Assembly: GCF_006345805.1 (NCBI RefSeq)
Contig: NC_043014.1
Location: 16,306,001 to 16,370,000 of the forward strand
Source of the DNA: Octopus sinensis
Taxonomy: Eukaryota
Reading direction: 5' to 3'
Length of the DNA: 64,000 nucleotides
The notes beneath the pieces were generated by a model that saw only the letters and a list, made by a program, of their open reading frames with translations, was not told the origin of the DNA and searched no databases. Below are positions 36,195 to 48,400 of this stretch, one piece after another; positions within the stretch are counted from its first letter, which is position 1; every line of letters begins with the position of its first letter. Position numbers and translations under genes: made by a program.

Positions 36195-38167
36195 GTAATG
36201 GAGGCTGGCAAGACGACCCTACCCAAGTGGTTGTATTTCGACGTTGAGACTCGTACCTTCTCTGGAGTCCCGAAACCAGCAGACATCGCCCAGTATTACA
36301 TCGAGGTTGTGGCGCAGGCTGAGGACCAAGGAGCTGTTAGTCAGTTCGCCAAAGACGTCTTCTCGATTCATGTGACCAAAGAAAGCTTGAAACCCACCAC
36401 TGTGGCGGCAGCAGCAGCAGCAGCAATCAGTGGTTCATCATCAAAGAAGAACGGCAAGGGTTCAAATTCTCCACCAGTCATCCGATGCATGCCCCAGGAG
36501 CCAGAGACAGCATTTACGCTAATTGTTGATGCAGACCTTGATCAACTTCCTCCCCACGGCATTGTGGGACTGTTAAAGAAACTGGAGCACAATCTGGAGC
36601 TTGTGTCTGAGATGTTTAAGGTCGGTCCTGCCACCACTGGCAACAGGCCCATCCCTCCTGTCCATGCAGTCGCCCCAGACACATCGTCCTCATCCACCCT
36701 TGAATCAGGGCCCGGTGACACAAAAATCGCAAAACACCCCGGGGTGCTTGTCACATGGCTGGTTGGTTGTGGCCGAGTGGAGCTGCAGCACATGAACGTT
36801 CTACAGAGGGTGGAATCAATTTCAGCAAATGGCACCTTGTCCGAGCTCCTCGGTCATGGAGTTGTAGGGTGGCATGTGACAAACAGACAAGTAACCCTGC
36901 CTGAGAAGAGAGTAAGGCGTGCAGCCATCATGGCCACCCCGGCTGTCACTGACATTGCACCGACGCGCACCCACCTGCATTCGCACAAGACCCACCACCG
37001 ACATACAGATGGAATGGCCATCAGCATGCCCGAATATTGCAGTCGCGCAAGAAAGCTAAAACCACGAATAGCACACAGGATTCCTGTACAGGAATTCGAG
37101 GCCGGGAAGCGAGCCTACTTCTCTGTGCCATCTGACACGTTCATTGACTGCAAGGAGCCCAGCGACCGCTTGACGCTGGCATTTTTCCTTAAGCAACTCC
37201 CTCCCAACATTTGGCTGCAGCGAGACCCGGCCAATAACAAAAGCATAATTGGGCTTCCAATGGAAAGCAATGTGGGCATCCTCAACGTGACAGTGGTGGC
37301 GATAAACAGTGATGGAAAGTTCAACAACATGGACTTCCTCGTGAAGGTTCTGAAGAACAAGAACCTCAAGAGCAACAAGGTAACCCACAAGATCAAGATG
37401 AAGTTCAGTATGGAGTACAAGAAGTTCATGTCAAACCTCGACTCGAGGCTCAATCTCATTGACAAGATAGGCAAATTGTACGGAGACGCAGATGCGAGCA
37501 GCGTCACAGTGCTCGAAATAACAGAGGGGTCCGTGGAGGTGTCGTGGACAAACAACACTCTCGTCGGCACAAAATGCCCCGATGATGCTACCAAAGCCCT
37601 TTTTGAATGCCTAGTTGATGACAAAAAGCGGGTGAAACGTTCAGCAAGGAAAGCAATGAAACCTTTCAAGCTGCAATCGGCCCAAATAATCCCGATGGGA
37701 GCTTGTGCTGGGGTCTATATCAACCCAATGCCGAGCACCACAATGGTAGCATCAACAACACCAGAACTCAATATCAACCCAATGCTGGACACCACAATGG
37801 CAGCAGCAACAACACCAGAACTCAAACCACAGTCTGATGATGAGAACGTTATTCTTATTTCAACCATTGTCCTTGATGTCACCATCGTGTCCATATTGCT
37901 TCTGGCCCTGCTCATTACTTGCATCCGTTACCGAAAGAGTCGGAGAGAAAAGATGTCGCTCTCGTCTGCCGGCGAGGGCACCCAGTTGATCCCGAACCAG
38001 ACCGAAGAAGAGGTGGGCATCGCAGAAACGGTGGAGTAAACGAACCCTTACTCGGCTCGCAACCGTATGAGCCACCACCTCCTGTCACTGCGTCGCAGGG
38101 CAAGAAACAGCCGCGCCCCCACGTGCAACCCCCCTACACATCACCTCCTCCATATGTGCCTCCATAA
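36195..38167 (+). CDS. DAG1: dystroglycan-like gene, large second coding exon (frameshift before the PPxY tail; possible pseudogene or paralog)
   Basis: Acceptor TTTCCAG|GTA, phase 0. The order is cadherin-like domain (LPKWLYFD..TFSGVP), N2 domain (TLIVDADL, SGPG, WLVGC), furin site RVRR, ATPAVT, second cadherin-like domain (VPSDTF, IGLP), SEA domain (ITEG/SVEVSWTNNTL), TM and basic stop-transfer. The TSPPPYVPP* end is in the -1 frame (ORF 37919..38167). The upstream exon was not found. Confidence 0.9.
37719..37826 (+). repeat. 54-bp in-frame tandem duplication in the juxtamembrane stalk
   Basis: INPMPSTTMVASTTPELN / INPMLDTTMAAATTPELK, with units starting at 37719 and 37773. Confidence 0.9.
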
Positions 38168-38479
38168 GTTCATTGCTGAAGTGTAATTACATATATAACT
38201 GTATGTATATATGTATGTATGTATGTATACTTATACATATATAACGTATGTGTGTGTGCGTATATATGATATACACTTGTGTTCTATTCACTATATATTT
38301 ATTTATATACATGAATATATATGTATATATATATTTATATATATATCACAAATATATATTATATGTATATATATATATACACACACACATATACATATGT
38401 ATATATGTATATACATACATATATCACACATTTGTAATATGCATGTGTATACACGTATATTTACACACTAAACGCATAC

Positions 38480-38532
<53 letters not shown>

Positions 38533-38786
38533 GTGTGTGTGTGTGTGTGAGTGTGTGTTTTATGTAAAGTTCTACCACTGTTCAATCAACCAAAAATACT
38601 AACTAATAACCCAAAGGCCCTTTGCCCTGTCCTCCTGCTCCAGAGGCCCGTACCCAATGCTCTCCCCCCTTCTTTATAAAAACAAAAAAAAAATCATTGA
38701 CAAAAACAAACAAAGAACATTCACAAAAATTCAAAGCAAAAAACTGAACAATAACATCAACATTTTAGAAATGTAACAGTTTATAA

Positions 38787-38867
38787 AATTATACAAGATA
38801 CACATGTATATATATACAAACAAACACACATCTACATGTATATATATCTATATATATATATCTTATG

Positions 38868-38927
<60 letters not shown>

Positions 38928-39074
38928 CTGTGTACATGACTATAAATGTGTGTTGTGTGTGTGTATAGAAGGATATTTGTATATACATGAGAACTTTTAT
39001 GCGTAATATATACATGTGAATATATAGACATATGCAAATATATGTGTGAGTGTTTGTACATATATATATATATG

Positions 39075-39127
<53 letters not shown>

Positions 39128-40554
39128 GATGTGCCTAATCATTTGATTAGAAAACTTACAGTTCAAAAACGGTAAAGAACTCAATACTATTTTAAAGTGT
39201 CTACTGTCTGTATATATATATATGTGTGTGTTTGTGTGTCTGTGTTTGTCCCCCTAGCATTGCTTGACAACCGATGCTGGTGTGTTTACGTCCCCGTCAC
39301 TTAGTGGTTCGGCAAAAGAGACCGATAGGATAAGTACTGGGCTTACAAAGAATAAGTCCCGGGGTCAATTTGCTCGACTAAAGGCAGTGCTCCAGCATGG
39401 CCGCAATCAAATGACTGAAACAAGTAAAAGAGTAAAGAGTAAATTGAGCTCAAAATTAGCATGGAATCAGCATATTTGGAATTTTGTTTATTCCCTCTCT
39501 CTGTTTTAATGTATAGAGAGGGAGGTCCAATTTTTACCTAGTGGATATTCTTGTACATGTAAATTTCATTTTTCTTTGAAGAATATTGGCCAAATTTCAC
39601 CAATAAAAATCATATTATGCAATGAATATTATTTTGTAGACTATTAAAGTCCGATGTGATGTTTTTTTTCTCCCCAATTTTAAATACAGTCAGATAATCT
39701 GTAGTAGTGTTTATATTTTCACAAGTAGGTCTGATTTGTTTTGGGGTTTTTCTCTCACACCTACTAACAAGTTTGCTGCAAGTTACAGATGTTTTTAATG
39801 CTAAAAACAAGAAATTAGTTTTCACATTTTGTTTTTTTTTAATCTAAGTCTACATGCAATTTTGAGAAAAGTAGTAGGTGGTTGTGGGATGTGCTAGGAA
39901 CAACAGCTAAATCTCCCTTTAATCACATCTTTTCGTTTGAAAATATTGTCAATCCTCCCCCCACCCCACAAGTCTTCTCCCATTGTTTTTAAAGGCTTAA
40001 TTTTAAAAAAAGCCAAAATTGGTCCAGGAAGGTGAAGGGGGAGATCATAAATTTTCAAAAGTTCTTTTCATAAAAAGCTTCCCACCATTATTTCCAAGGT
40101 TGTGATGAAAAAAAAAATGGAAAAATCCTCATCAAAATGGAGAAAATCCAACTTATGTGGGCATCCTGATCCAAAACTCTACTGTTTATAGCCATTTTTA
40201 ATTGTCCATTAAAATTTAATTGAAGTAGTATCATGTTCCAAAATCTCGGGATTCATTTAGTTCTATACCTACCACAAATGTGCCCCTTCTGGATTGAACT
40301 TTGGGATTTAATAAGGTCTGAAAACCTCATGAAATCAGCTGGTTGTTACATGCAAAAAAATAGGCTTTACGTAAATATTTTTAAAAACTGCTGAAACAAA
40401 AATTTCATTATCAAGAACTAGCAAATAAAAAGAAAAAAGGCAACTGCTATGCCATGGACACTATTAATTTGTATATGATTATCACCTCAGTTTCAAAGAT
40501 ATGACATTACAAATATGGCTAATTATTCATTTAGACTTAATTGGGCAAGATTTC
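38787..40554. repeat. left arm of long inverted repeat
   Basis: Reverse complement of 41536-43624 along its whole length, apart from scattered SNPs and one ~330-bp deletion. It contains the 3' half of a SINE B. Confidence 0.95.
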
Positions 40555-40757
40555 AACCAATTTGCTGACCATTCCAATTGTCATATTTCCTCAAATATTC
40601 ATCTAAATTTCACAAATGTTTCTTTGGATGTTCTCCAAAGAAAGGTACGGTTTACATATTTTCAAAAATTCATAGTGATGCCTACTACAAAAGTTAGGAA
40701 ACAATTTTGTTAAAGCAAGTCAAAGCACAATAATACAAATATAAAAGCAGGACTCAC

Positions 40758-41484
40758 ATTTTTATAGCAGTATCCATTCTACCTAAATTTTCTTTGGGAT
40801 AAACTGTCAATTTACTTCCATCAGCATCTCCAAGTCCAACATTATGTCCCTGTCTCGCCATCATGTTTTCTGTTGATGGTGAAGAGACCATCATGGAAGG
40901 TGATGACACCAACATTTTATTTGATAAAGCCACATCTTCTGGTGACATACGTGAGTCTTTTGGATAGAACAATTCATTGGAGATAGAATCCACTATGCCA
41001 TTTTGATTCAGTACCTGACTTTCTAAAGAGCATGACAACATCTTATCATAGGATCCAACAAAAGTATCTTCATATATTAAATTGTCATTCTGGTTTGACC
41101 CCTTTCCTGACAAATCTTGATATTCATATTTAATCATCTGAGGATCAATAAGGCTAGATGTGAGTGAATATTGCTTAGCATTCAGTAAAAGAGCTTTATT
41201 TGACTCTTCATTAAGGTCCATCATTTTCTGATTATGGTTATCTGATGGCAGAGAGTGTCTTCTGTCTATAAGTGTTTCATAATTAGGCCGGTTAGTCAAT
41301 ACTTGATGGTTGTCACTGTTAACTGAATGCACCTGATCAGAACCTGATTCATATGTAGCACGAACAGAACCTAGGTACTGGTGGTGTTGAGCATTATCTG
41401 TAAGAGAGTGATGGCTACGGTCCTGCACCCCATCATTGTAACTAGAATGGTTATCTAACAACTGATGTCCCGAGGGTTGGTGAT
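40758..41484 (-). CDS. exon-like ORF segment of an unidentified gene (727 nt, ~242 codons, S/N/D/H-rich)
   Basis: Stop-free, complex-composition frame inside ORF 40754..41575. There is a strong donor AAT|GTGAGT at 40757. The acceptor TAG|ATC at 41485 is weak and A-rich. No family was recognised. Confidence 0.6.
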
Positions 41485-41535
41485 CTATCAATATTATTAT
41501 TATGAACATTATTATTATTATGCTTTTTTTTTTAA

Positions 41536-43309
41536 GAAATCTTGCCCAATTAAGTCTAAATGAATAATTAGCCATATTTGTAATGTCATATCTTTGAAAC
41601 TGAGGTGATAATCATATACAAATTAATAGTGTCCATGGCATAGCAGTTGCCTTTTTTCTTTTTATTTGCTAGTTCTTGATAATGAAATTTTTGTTTCAGC
41701 AGTTTTTAAAAATATTTACGTAAAACCTATTTTTTTGCATGTAACAACCAGCTGATTTCATGAGGTTTTCAGACCTTATTAAATCCCAAAGTTCAATCCA
41801 GAAGGGGCACATTTGTGGTAGGTATAGAACTAAATGAATCCCGAGATTTTGGAACATGATACTACTTCAATTAAATTTTAATGGACAATTAAAAATGGCT
41901 ATAAACAGTAGAGTTTTGGATCAGGATGCCCACATAAGTTGGATTTTCTCCATTTTGATGAGGATTTTTCCTTTTTTTTTTCATCACAACCTTGGAAATA
42001 ATGGTGGGAAGCTTTTTATAAAAAAAACTTTTGAAAATTTATGATCTCCCCCTTCACCTTCCTGGACCAACTTTGGCTTTTTTTAAAATTAAGCCTTTAA
42101 AAACAATGGGAGAAGACTTGTGGGGTGGGGGGAGGATTGAAAATATTTTCAAACGAAAAGATGTGATTAAAGGGAGATTTAGCTGTTGTTCCTAGCACAT
42201 CCCACAACCACCTACTACTTTTCTCAAAATTGCATGTAGACTTAGATTAAAAAAAAACAAAATGTGAAAGCTAATTTCTTGTTTTTAGCATTAAAAACAT
42301 CTGTAACTTGCAGCAAACTTGTTAGTAGGTGTGAGAGAAAACCCCCAAAACAAATCAGACCTACTTGTGAAAATATAAACACTACTACAGATTATCTGAT
42401 TATATTTAAAATTGGGGAGAAAAAAAACATCACATCGGACTTTAATAGTCTACAAAATAATATTCATTGCATAATATGATTTTTATTGGTGAAATTTGGC
42501 CAATATTCTTCAAAGGAAAATGAAATTTACATGTACAAGAATATCCACTAGGTAAAAATTGGACCTCCCTCTCTATACATTAAAACAGAGAGAGGGAATA
42601 AACAAAATTCCAAATATGCTGATTCCATGCTAATTTTGAGCTCAATTTACTCTTTACTCTTTTACTTGTTTCAGTCATTTGACTGCGGCCATGCTGGAGC
42701 ACCGCCTTTAGTCGAGCAAATCGACCCCGGGACTTATTCTTTGTAAGCCCAGTACTTATCCTATTGGTCTCTTTTGCCGAACCACTAAGTGACGGGGACG
42801 TAAACACACCAGCATCGGTTGTCAAGCAATGCTAGGGGGACAAACACACACACACAGACATATATATATATATACATATATACGACGGGTTTCTTTCAGT
42901 TTCCGTCTACCAAATCTACTCACAAGGCATTGGTCGGCCCGGGGCTATAGCAGAAGACACTTGCCCAAGATGCCACGCAGTGGGACTGAATCCGGAACCA
43001 TGTGGTTGGTTAGCAAGTTACTTACCACACAGCCAGTCCCCAATTATGTTAATACACACATGCATGCATCTATGTATGAGTGTGTGTATATATATATATA
43101 TGCATGCATACACATACATATATGGAGATGCCTGTATGTATGTATGTATGTATGTATATATATATATATATATTAACACGTATGCATGTGTATATGTACA
43201 TATGTATATGTGTGTGTATATATATATATACAGACAGTAGACACTTTAAAATTGTATTGAGTTCTTTACCGTTTTTGAACTGTAAGTTTTCTAATCAAAT
43301 GATTAGGCA

Positions 43310-43368
<59 letters not shown>

Positions 43369-43495
43369 AACACTCACACATATATTTGCATATGTCTATA
43401 TATTCACATGTATTTATTACGCATAAAAGTTCTCATGTATATACCAATATCCTTCTATACACACACACAACACACATTTATAGTCATGTACACAG

Positions 43496-43533
<38 letters not shown>

Positions 43534-43624
43534 ATATATATACATCACATAAGATATATATATATATATATACATGTAGATGTGTGTTTGTGTGTATATA
43601 TATACATGTATATCTTGTATAATT
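41536..43624. repeat. right arm of long inverted repeat (contains a full SINE B, minus strand, ~42650-43040)
   Basis: Reverse complement of 38787-40554. The ORF track shows mirrored ORFs (39264/42580, 39610/42264, 38789/43080). Confidence 0.95.
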
Positions 43625-44099
43625 GTATGGACTTATCCCCATTGACTTTTTTATCCAAATAAAGCAAAAAAAAAAAGAAGTTCTCTTAATGGCTTTCATT
43701 CTCAACACAAATCGAGTTATTGGGCTCTAGTGCAGTCAAAAACAAAAAATGGGACAAACTGTGAATGGGTGGAAATATGAGTGTGATTGAGGGAATCTGA
43801 CATGATAAGTAAGTGTTGGATTTTAATCAAAGGTATAAGAGAAGAAAGTTCACATCTATAACTTTCAAGTAATATATAATTGTCTGTGGAAAGAATGCAT
43901 TTTGACGTGAAAATAGTCAAGCAAAAAGTGGGCTTTTGCTTGGTCAAATTATGCTTGTCTCCCTTTTATGGAGCCCTTTAGTGATACCTATTTATTGACA
44001 GAAATATTGAATGTGAGCTTAGTTATGCAATATCAGAAACAGAAAAGACCGATAAAAGGAGCTCACTTTTTTGTGTACTTTTGTAAATAGTAGGGTACT

Positions 44100-44347
44100 G
44101 CCAGTCTCGCCTGGCCCCTGTGCTGGTGGCACGTAAAGAGCACCATCCGACCGTGGTCGTTTGCCAGCCCCGTCTGGCACGTAAAAAGCACCCACTACAC
44201 TCATGGAGTGGTTGGCGTTAGGAAGGGCATCCAGCCATAGAAACATTGCCAGATCGGACTGGGCCTGGTGCAGCCTTCTGGCTTCCCAGACCCCAGTTGA
44301 ACCGTCCAACCCATGCTAGCATGGAAAGCGGACGCTAAATGATGATG

Positions 44348-44353
<6 letters not shown>
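44100..44353 (+). mobile_element. family D element with (ATG)n tail
   Basis: GGTTGGCGTTAGGAAGGGCATCC...GGAAAGCGGACGCTAAA(TGA)n. Confidence 0.8.
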
Positions 44354-44410
<57 letters not shown>

Positions 44411-44457
44411 ATTATGTATATATGTATGTATACATATATATGTATATATATATATGA

Positions 44458-44517
<60 letters not shown>

Positions 44518-44660
44518 GTGTGTATACATATATATATATGTATGTATATATATGTGTATGTATATATATATATATATATGTATAAATAAATGTATGTATA
44601 TATATATGTATAAATAAATGTATGTATATATATATGTGTAAATAAATGTATGTATATATG

Positions 44661-44702
<42 letters not shown>

Positions 44703-44791
44703 AATGTATGTATATATATATGTATGTATATATATATGTCTATATATATGTATGTATATATGTATATATATATATGTATGTATATATGTAT

Positions 44792-44832
<41 letters not shown>

Positions 44833-45120
44833 TGTATGTATATATATATGTATGTATATATGTATGTATATGTATATATATGTATGTATATATGTATGTA
44901 TGTATATGTATGTACGTATGTATATATATGTATGTATATATATATGTATGTATATATGTATGTATATATATATGTATGTATATATATATGTATATATATA
45001 TGTATGTATATATATATATATGTATATATATATGTATATATATATATGTATGTATATATATATACGTATATATATATATGTATGTATATATATATATATA
45101 CGTATATATATATATGTATG

Positions 45121-45160
<40 letters not shown>

Positions 45161-45200
45161 TGCATATATGTTTGTTTATATATGTATGTATATATATTTA
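44354..45200. repeat. (TA)n/(TATG)n compound microsatellite
   Basis: Directly visible. Confidence 0.95.
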
Positions 45201-45338
45201 TAGATCAATAAATGGTGGGGTTGTGTTGACCGCACGTGGAGAAATGATAAGCAAGGAAAAATTGTAAAAATGTAGAATGCTCAAATGAAAGAAAAATTTA
45301 ATGAAATGAGAAATTGATAAAATATATAAATATATATT

Positions 45339-45380
45339 TATTCAAACCGGTTTTCGTCATTGTATGACTTGTCAAGAATA
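45339..45380 (-). ncRNA. minimal type I hammerhead ribozyme with U3:A8 compensatory core
   Basis: The minus strand reads UAUUC-UUGACAA-GUCAU(ACA)AUGAC-GAAA-ACCGGUU-U/GAAUA. Stems I and II are perfect, and stem III is the palindrome AACCGGUU. Confidence 0.75.
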
Positions 45381-45454
45381 TTTAGGTTAAAAAATTTTTT
45401 TAAAAATTAGAAAGGGGAAAAAAGAAAATTGCATTGTTTTTTGCAAAAGAATAA

Positions 45455-48400
45455 CAATAGAACCCCGTCTAATATGTGGCACTTGGTGAAGAATGGAGTT
45501 TGATATAGCTACTCTCATTTGCACCTCTTGCCGTGAGGTAGGTTCATCTGGGACTCTCGACAGGAAGATGTCCAGCTTTTATTTAAAAACTGCTACATCT
45601 ACTTTGTGCAAGTTCCTCATACTCTTTGGGAGAATATTAAAAAGCTGTGGGCCCTTGAAACCCAGGCTGTTGCAGAAGCTGGTCCTGAAGTGTGATGGCA
45701 TTGCTGGGATATTTGGCACTATGTAGTGTCGTCCCGTTCTAGCATTGGTGTAGCTTACAATGCCAAAATTTGGCACAATTCTTTCCAGGATCATCCAGAC
45801 ATGTATTACTGCATACCTCTCCTGTCTTCTCTCCAGGGAGTAGAGTCTTAGCTGTTTCAACCTTTCCCAGTAGCTGAGCTATTGCAAAGAGACGATCTTC
45901 TTTGTGAATCTTCTCTGGATTGCTTCAAGGTCCGCTGTTAATTTTACACTGGTGGGTGACCATAGCTATGAGCAGTAATCCAGGCGGCTGAGGACGAATG
46001 TCCACCAGAGGACCATCATAGTTTCCTTATCTCTGGTTCTGAATGTTCTCAGGATCCACCCAGTCAGTCGTCTGCACTTTGTCGCCATCCTGGTAATGTG
46101 CACTTGGAAAGAGGTATCATCACTCATGTCGATACCCAGGTCCCTCACAGACTTAGGCTCTGGGATTGAAATTCCCTGTGGACCGGTGTATCCTGTAAGT
46201 TTAATATTCAGTTTTGGATGCTGGTAGAGCAGGGCCTGGAATTTTTCAGCATTAAACTGCATATTATTATCCTCAGCCCATCTGTAGATTGAGTCCAACT
46301 CCTGCTGCAGGTGTGCAACATCACTGGGGTTCTGTATTTTCTGCGAGACTTTCGTATCGTCTGCATAGCTGGCCTGAGTGGCTATCCGGGAATTTGAGGG
46401 CATATCTGAGAGGGCCACTATAAAAAGCAGCGGTCCCAAGACAGTGCCCTGTGGAACACCGCTCACTATTTGTGTGTTCATAGAGGTGGCTCCATTAACC
46501 ACTACTGCCTGACTCCTATCTTTCAGGAAGTCATGTAACCACACTCCAAGATTTCCAGCTATGCCGAGGTCATGCAGTTTGTGGCATATCATACCATGAT
46601 CCACCTTGTCGAAAGCTTTTGCAAAATCAAGGTAGATTACGTCCACATTTGATTTGTTGAGTAACTGCCTCAACACCCAGTCATAATGTTGTAAGAGCTT
46701 GGTCAGGCAGCTCCTACCTGGTCGAAAACAATGCTGGGTATCACTCAGCAAGTTATCTTCCTCAAGGAATGCGATTAGTTTCTTTCTGACTATCCGTTCC
46801 ATGACTTTGCTGATGTGTGAAGTCAGAGAGATAGGCCTATAGTTTTTGGCATCTGTTCTACTTCCCCCTTTATGTATTGGGCATATTATTCCCTCCTTCA
46901 GCTTGCTTGGCAGTTTGCTATTCGCAAGAAAGCTCTGGAAGAGAATCTTGAGGGGTTTTGCCAGGGCATGCTTACATGCTTTGAGGAGGATGGCTGGGAA
47001 ACCATCTGGACCAGCAGCTGAGTTTGCGTCCACTTCATCTATGGCTAGTAGGACATCTTTTTCGCTTATGTCAATACATTCTATTGTAACCGCCTCGCTG
47101 GTTATGGATGAGGCGGCAAAGAAGTCCACTGGTTCGTTCACTTGTCTGTGTTCCAACGGTGTGGTAAAGACACTTTTCAACTGGTCATTCAGCATCTCAC
47201 TGATCTTAGTTGGACTGTCTGTGAGGGAGCCATCCTTTTGGAGGAGGGGTCCTATCTTGTAGTGCACTGAGACTGTTTCTTTCACGTAATGAAAGAAGGC
47301 CTTTGGGTTTGATTTAATATTTTTTATAACCCAGGCTTCTTTGTCTGCTTTCTCCTTCACATAGGATTGTTGCTGCCTTTTTTCGATCTCCATCAGTGTT
47401 GTTTTTAGGCGGGACGTTTCGTTACTTTTGGGATGTAGGTTGAGACGATTTGCAACCTTCGTCCGTTGTTTCATGAGGATCTTCCTGTCTCTTGGAATCT
47501 TGCTCCTATTTGTTTTGGCCTTGTGCTCTGGGACATATTTCTGGCATACGGCTTGCACAGAAGACATGAAACATTCTAGTTTCATGTCAATATCTAGTGT
47601 GAAGAGACATTCCAGCCAGTCCCCTCTGAGGATCTCTTTTTGGATCGATTTCCAATCTGCTTTATGGAAGTTCAGATTGGAGAGATTTCGGGTGCTTCCT
47701 TTAGGCTGTGTGTCTCTGGTTACTTTTGGCCCAAACATAGACAGCTGTATTATGTTGTGATCCGAAACTGATGTTGGTTTCACTTTCACATCATGAATGA
47801 TGTCCGTATTGTTCATGAAGCAGAGATCCAGAATGTTATTCGCCCTAGTTGGCTTGAGTACAACTTGCTCCATGAATAAGGCATTGGTGAGGTTGAGCAG
47901 GGACTCAAGCTTTACTTGCTTGCAATGATTCATTCCTGAGAGTATGTGACCTTCGGGCCATTTGACGTTGGAGAAGTTGAAATCACCCATAAGAAATATG
48001 GTCACGTGGTGTTCCAGATTCATGAGGATTTCTTTAATTCTTGTGAGGCAATCTTCAAACTTGCCTGTGTGATTTGGGGCATCCGGTGGGCAATATGTAT
48101 TGCATATGACTATATTATGTTGTCTTACGTATACAGTTAAAGTGTCACATACCGAATTTGCGTATGTCATTAAGACCTGGGGTGTGAGGTCATCTCGGGT
48201 GTATACAGCAACTCCACCATGGCTCCTTTCCCTTCTGTCTGTTCGCAGTATGGCATAGTTTGGTATGTGTACTTCTGCGTCCTCTATATCAGGGTTGAGG
48301 TGAGTTTCTACAAGTGCTATGCATAGGGCTTGATTGCATGCAGTAAGATCTCTCAGGAAAGAAATTTTGTTTCTCTTTTGATGTAACAGGCCCCCAATAT

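Noticed and set aside
38787-43624. Foldback/TIR transposon or missed-adapter read chimera
   Set aside because: There is no TSD or transposase and the arms are host intronic DNA. The ~1-kb loop, SNPs and a 330-bp indel between arms argue against a simple chimera, though read-level confirmation is still needed.
45966-48170. Active autonomous CR1
   Set aside because: ORF1 is mostly missing, and the premature TAG and TAA remove the C-terminal region.
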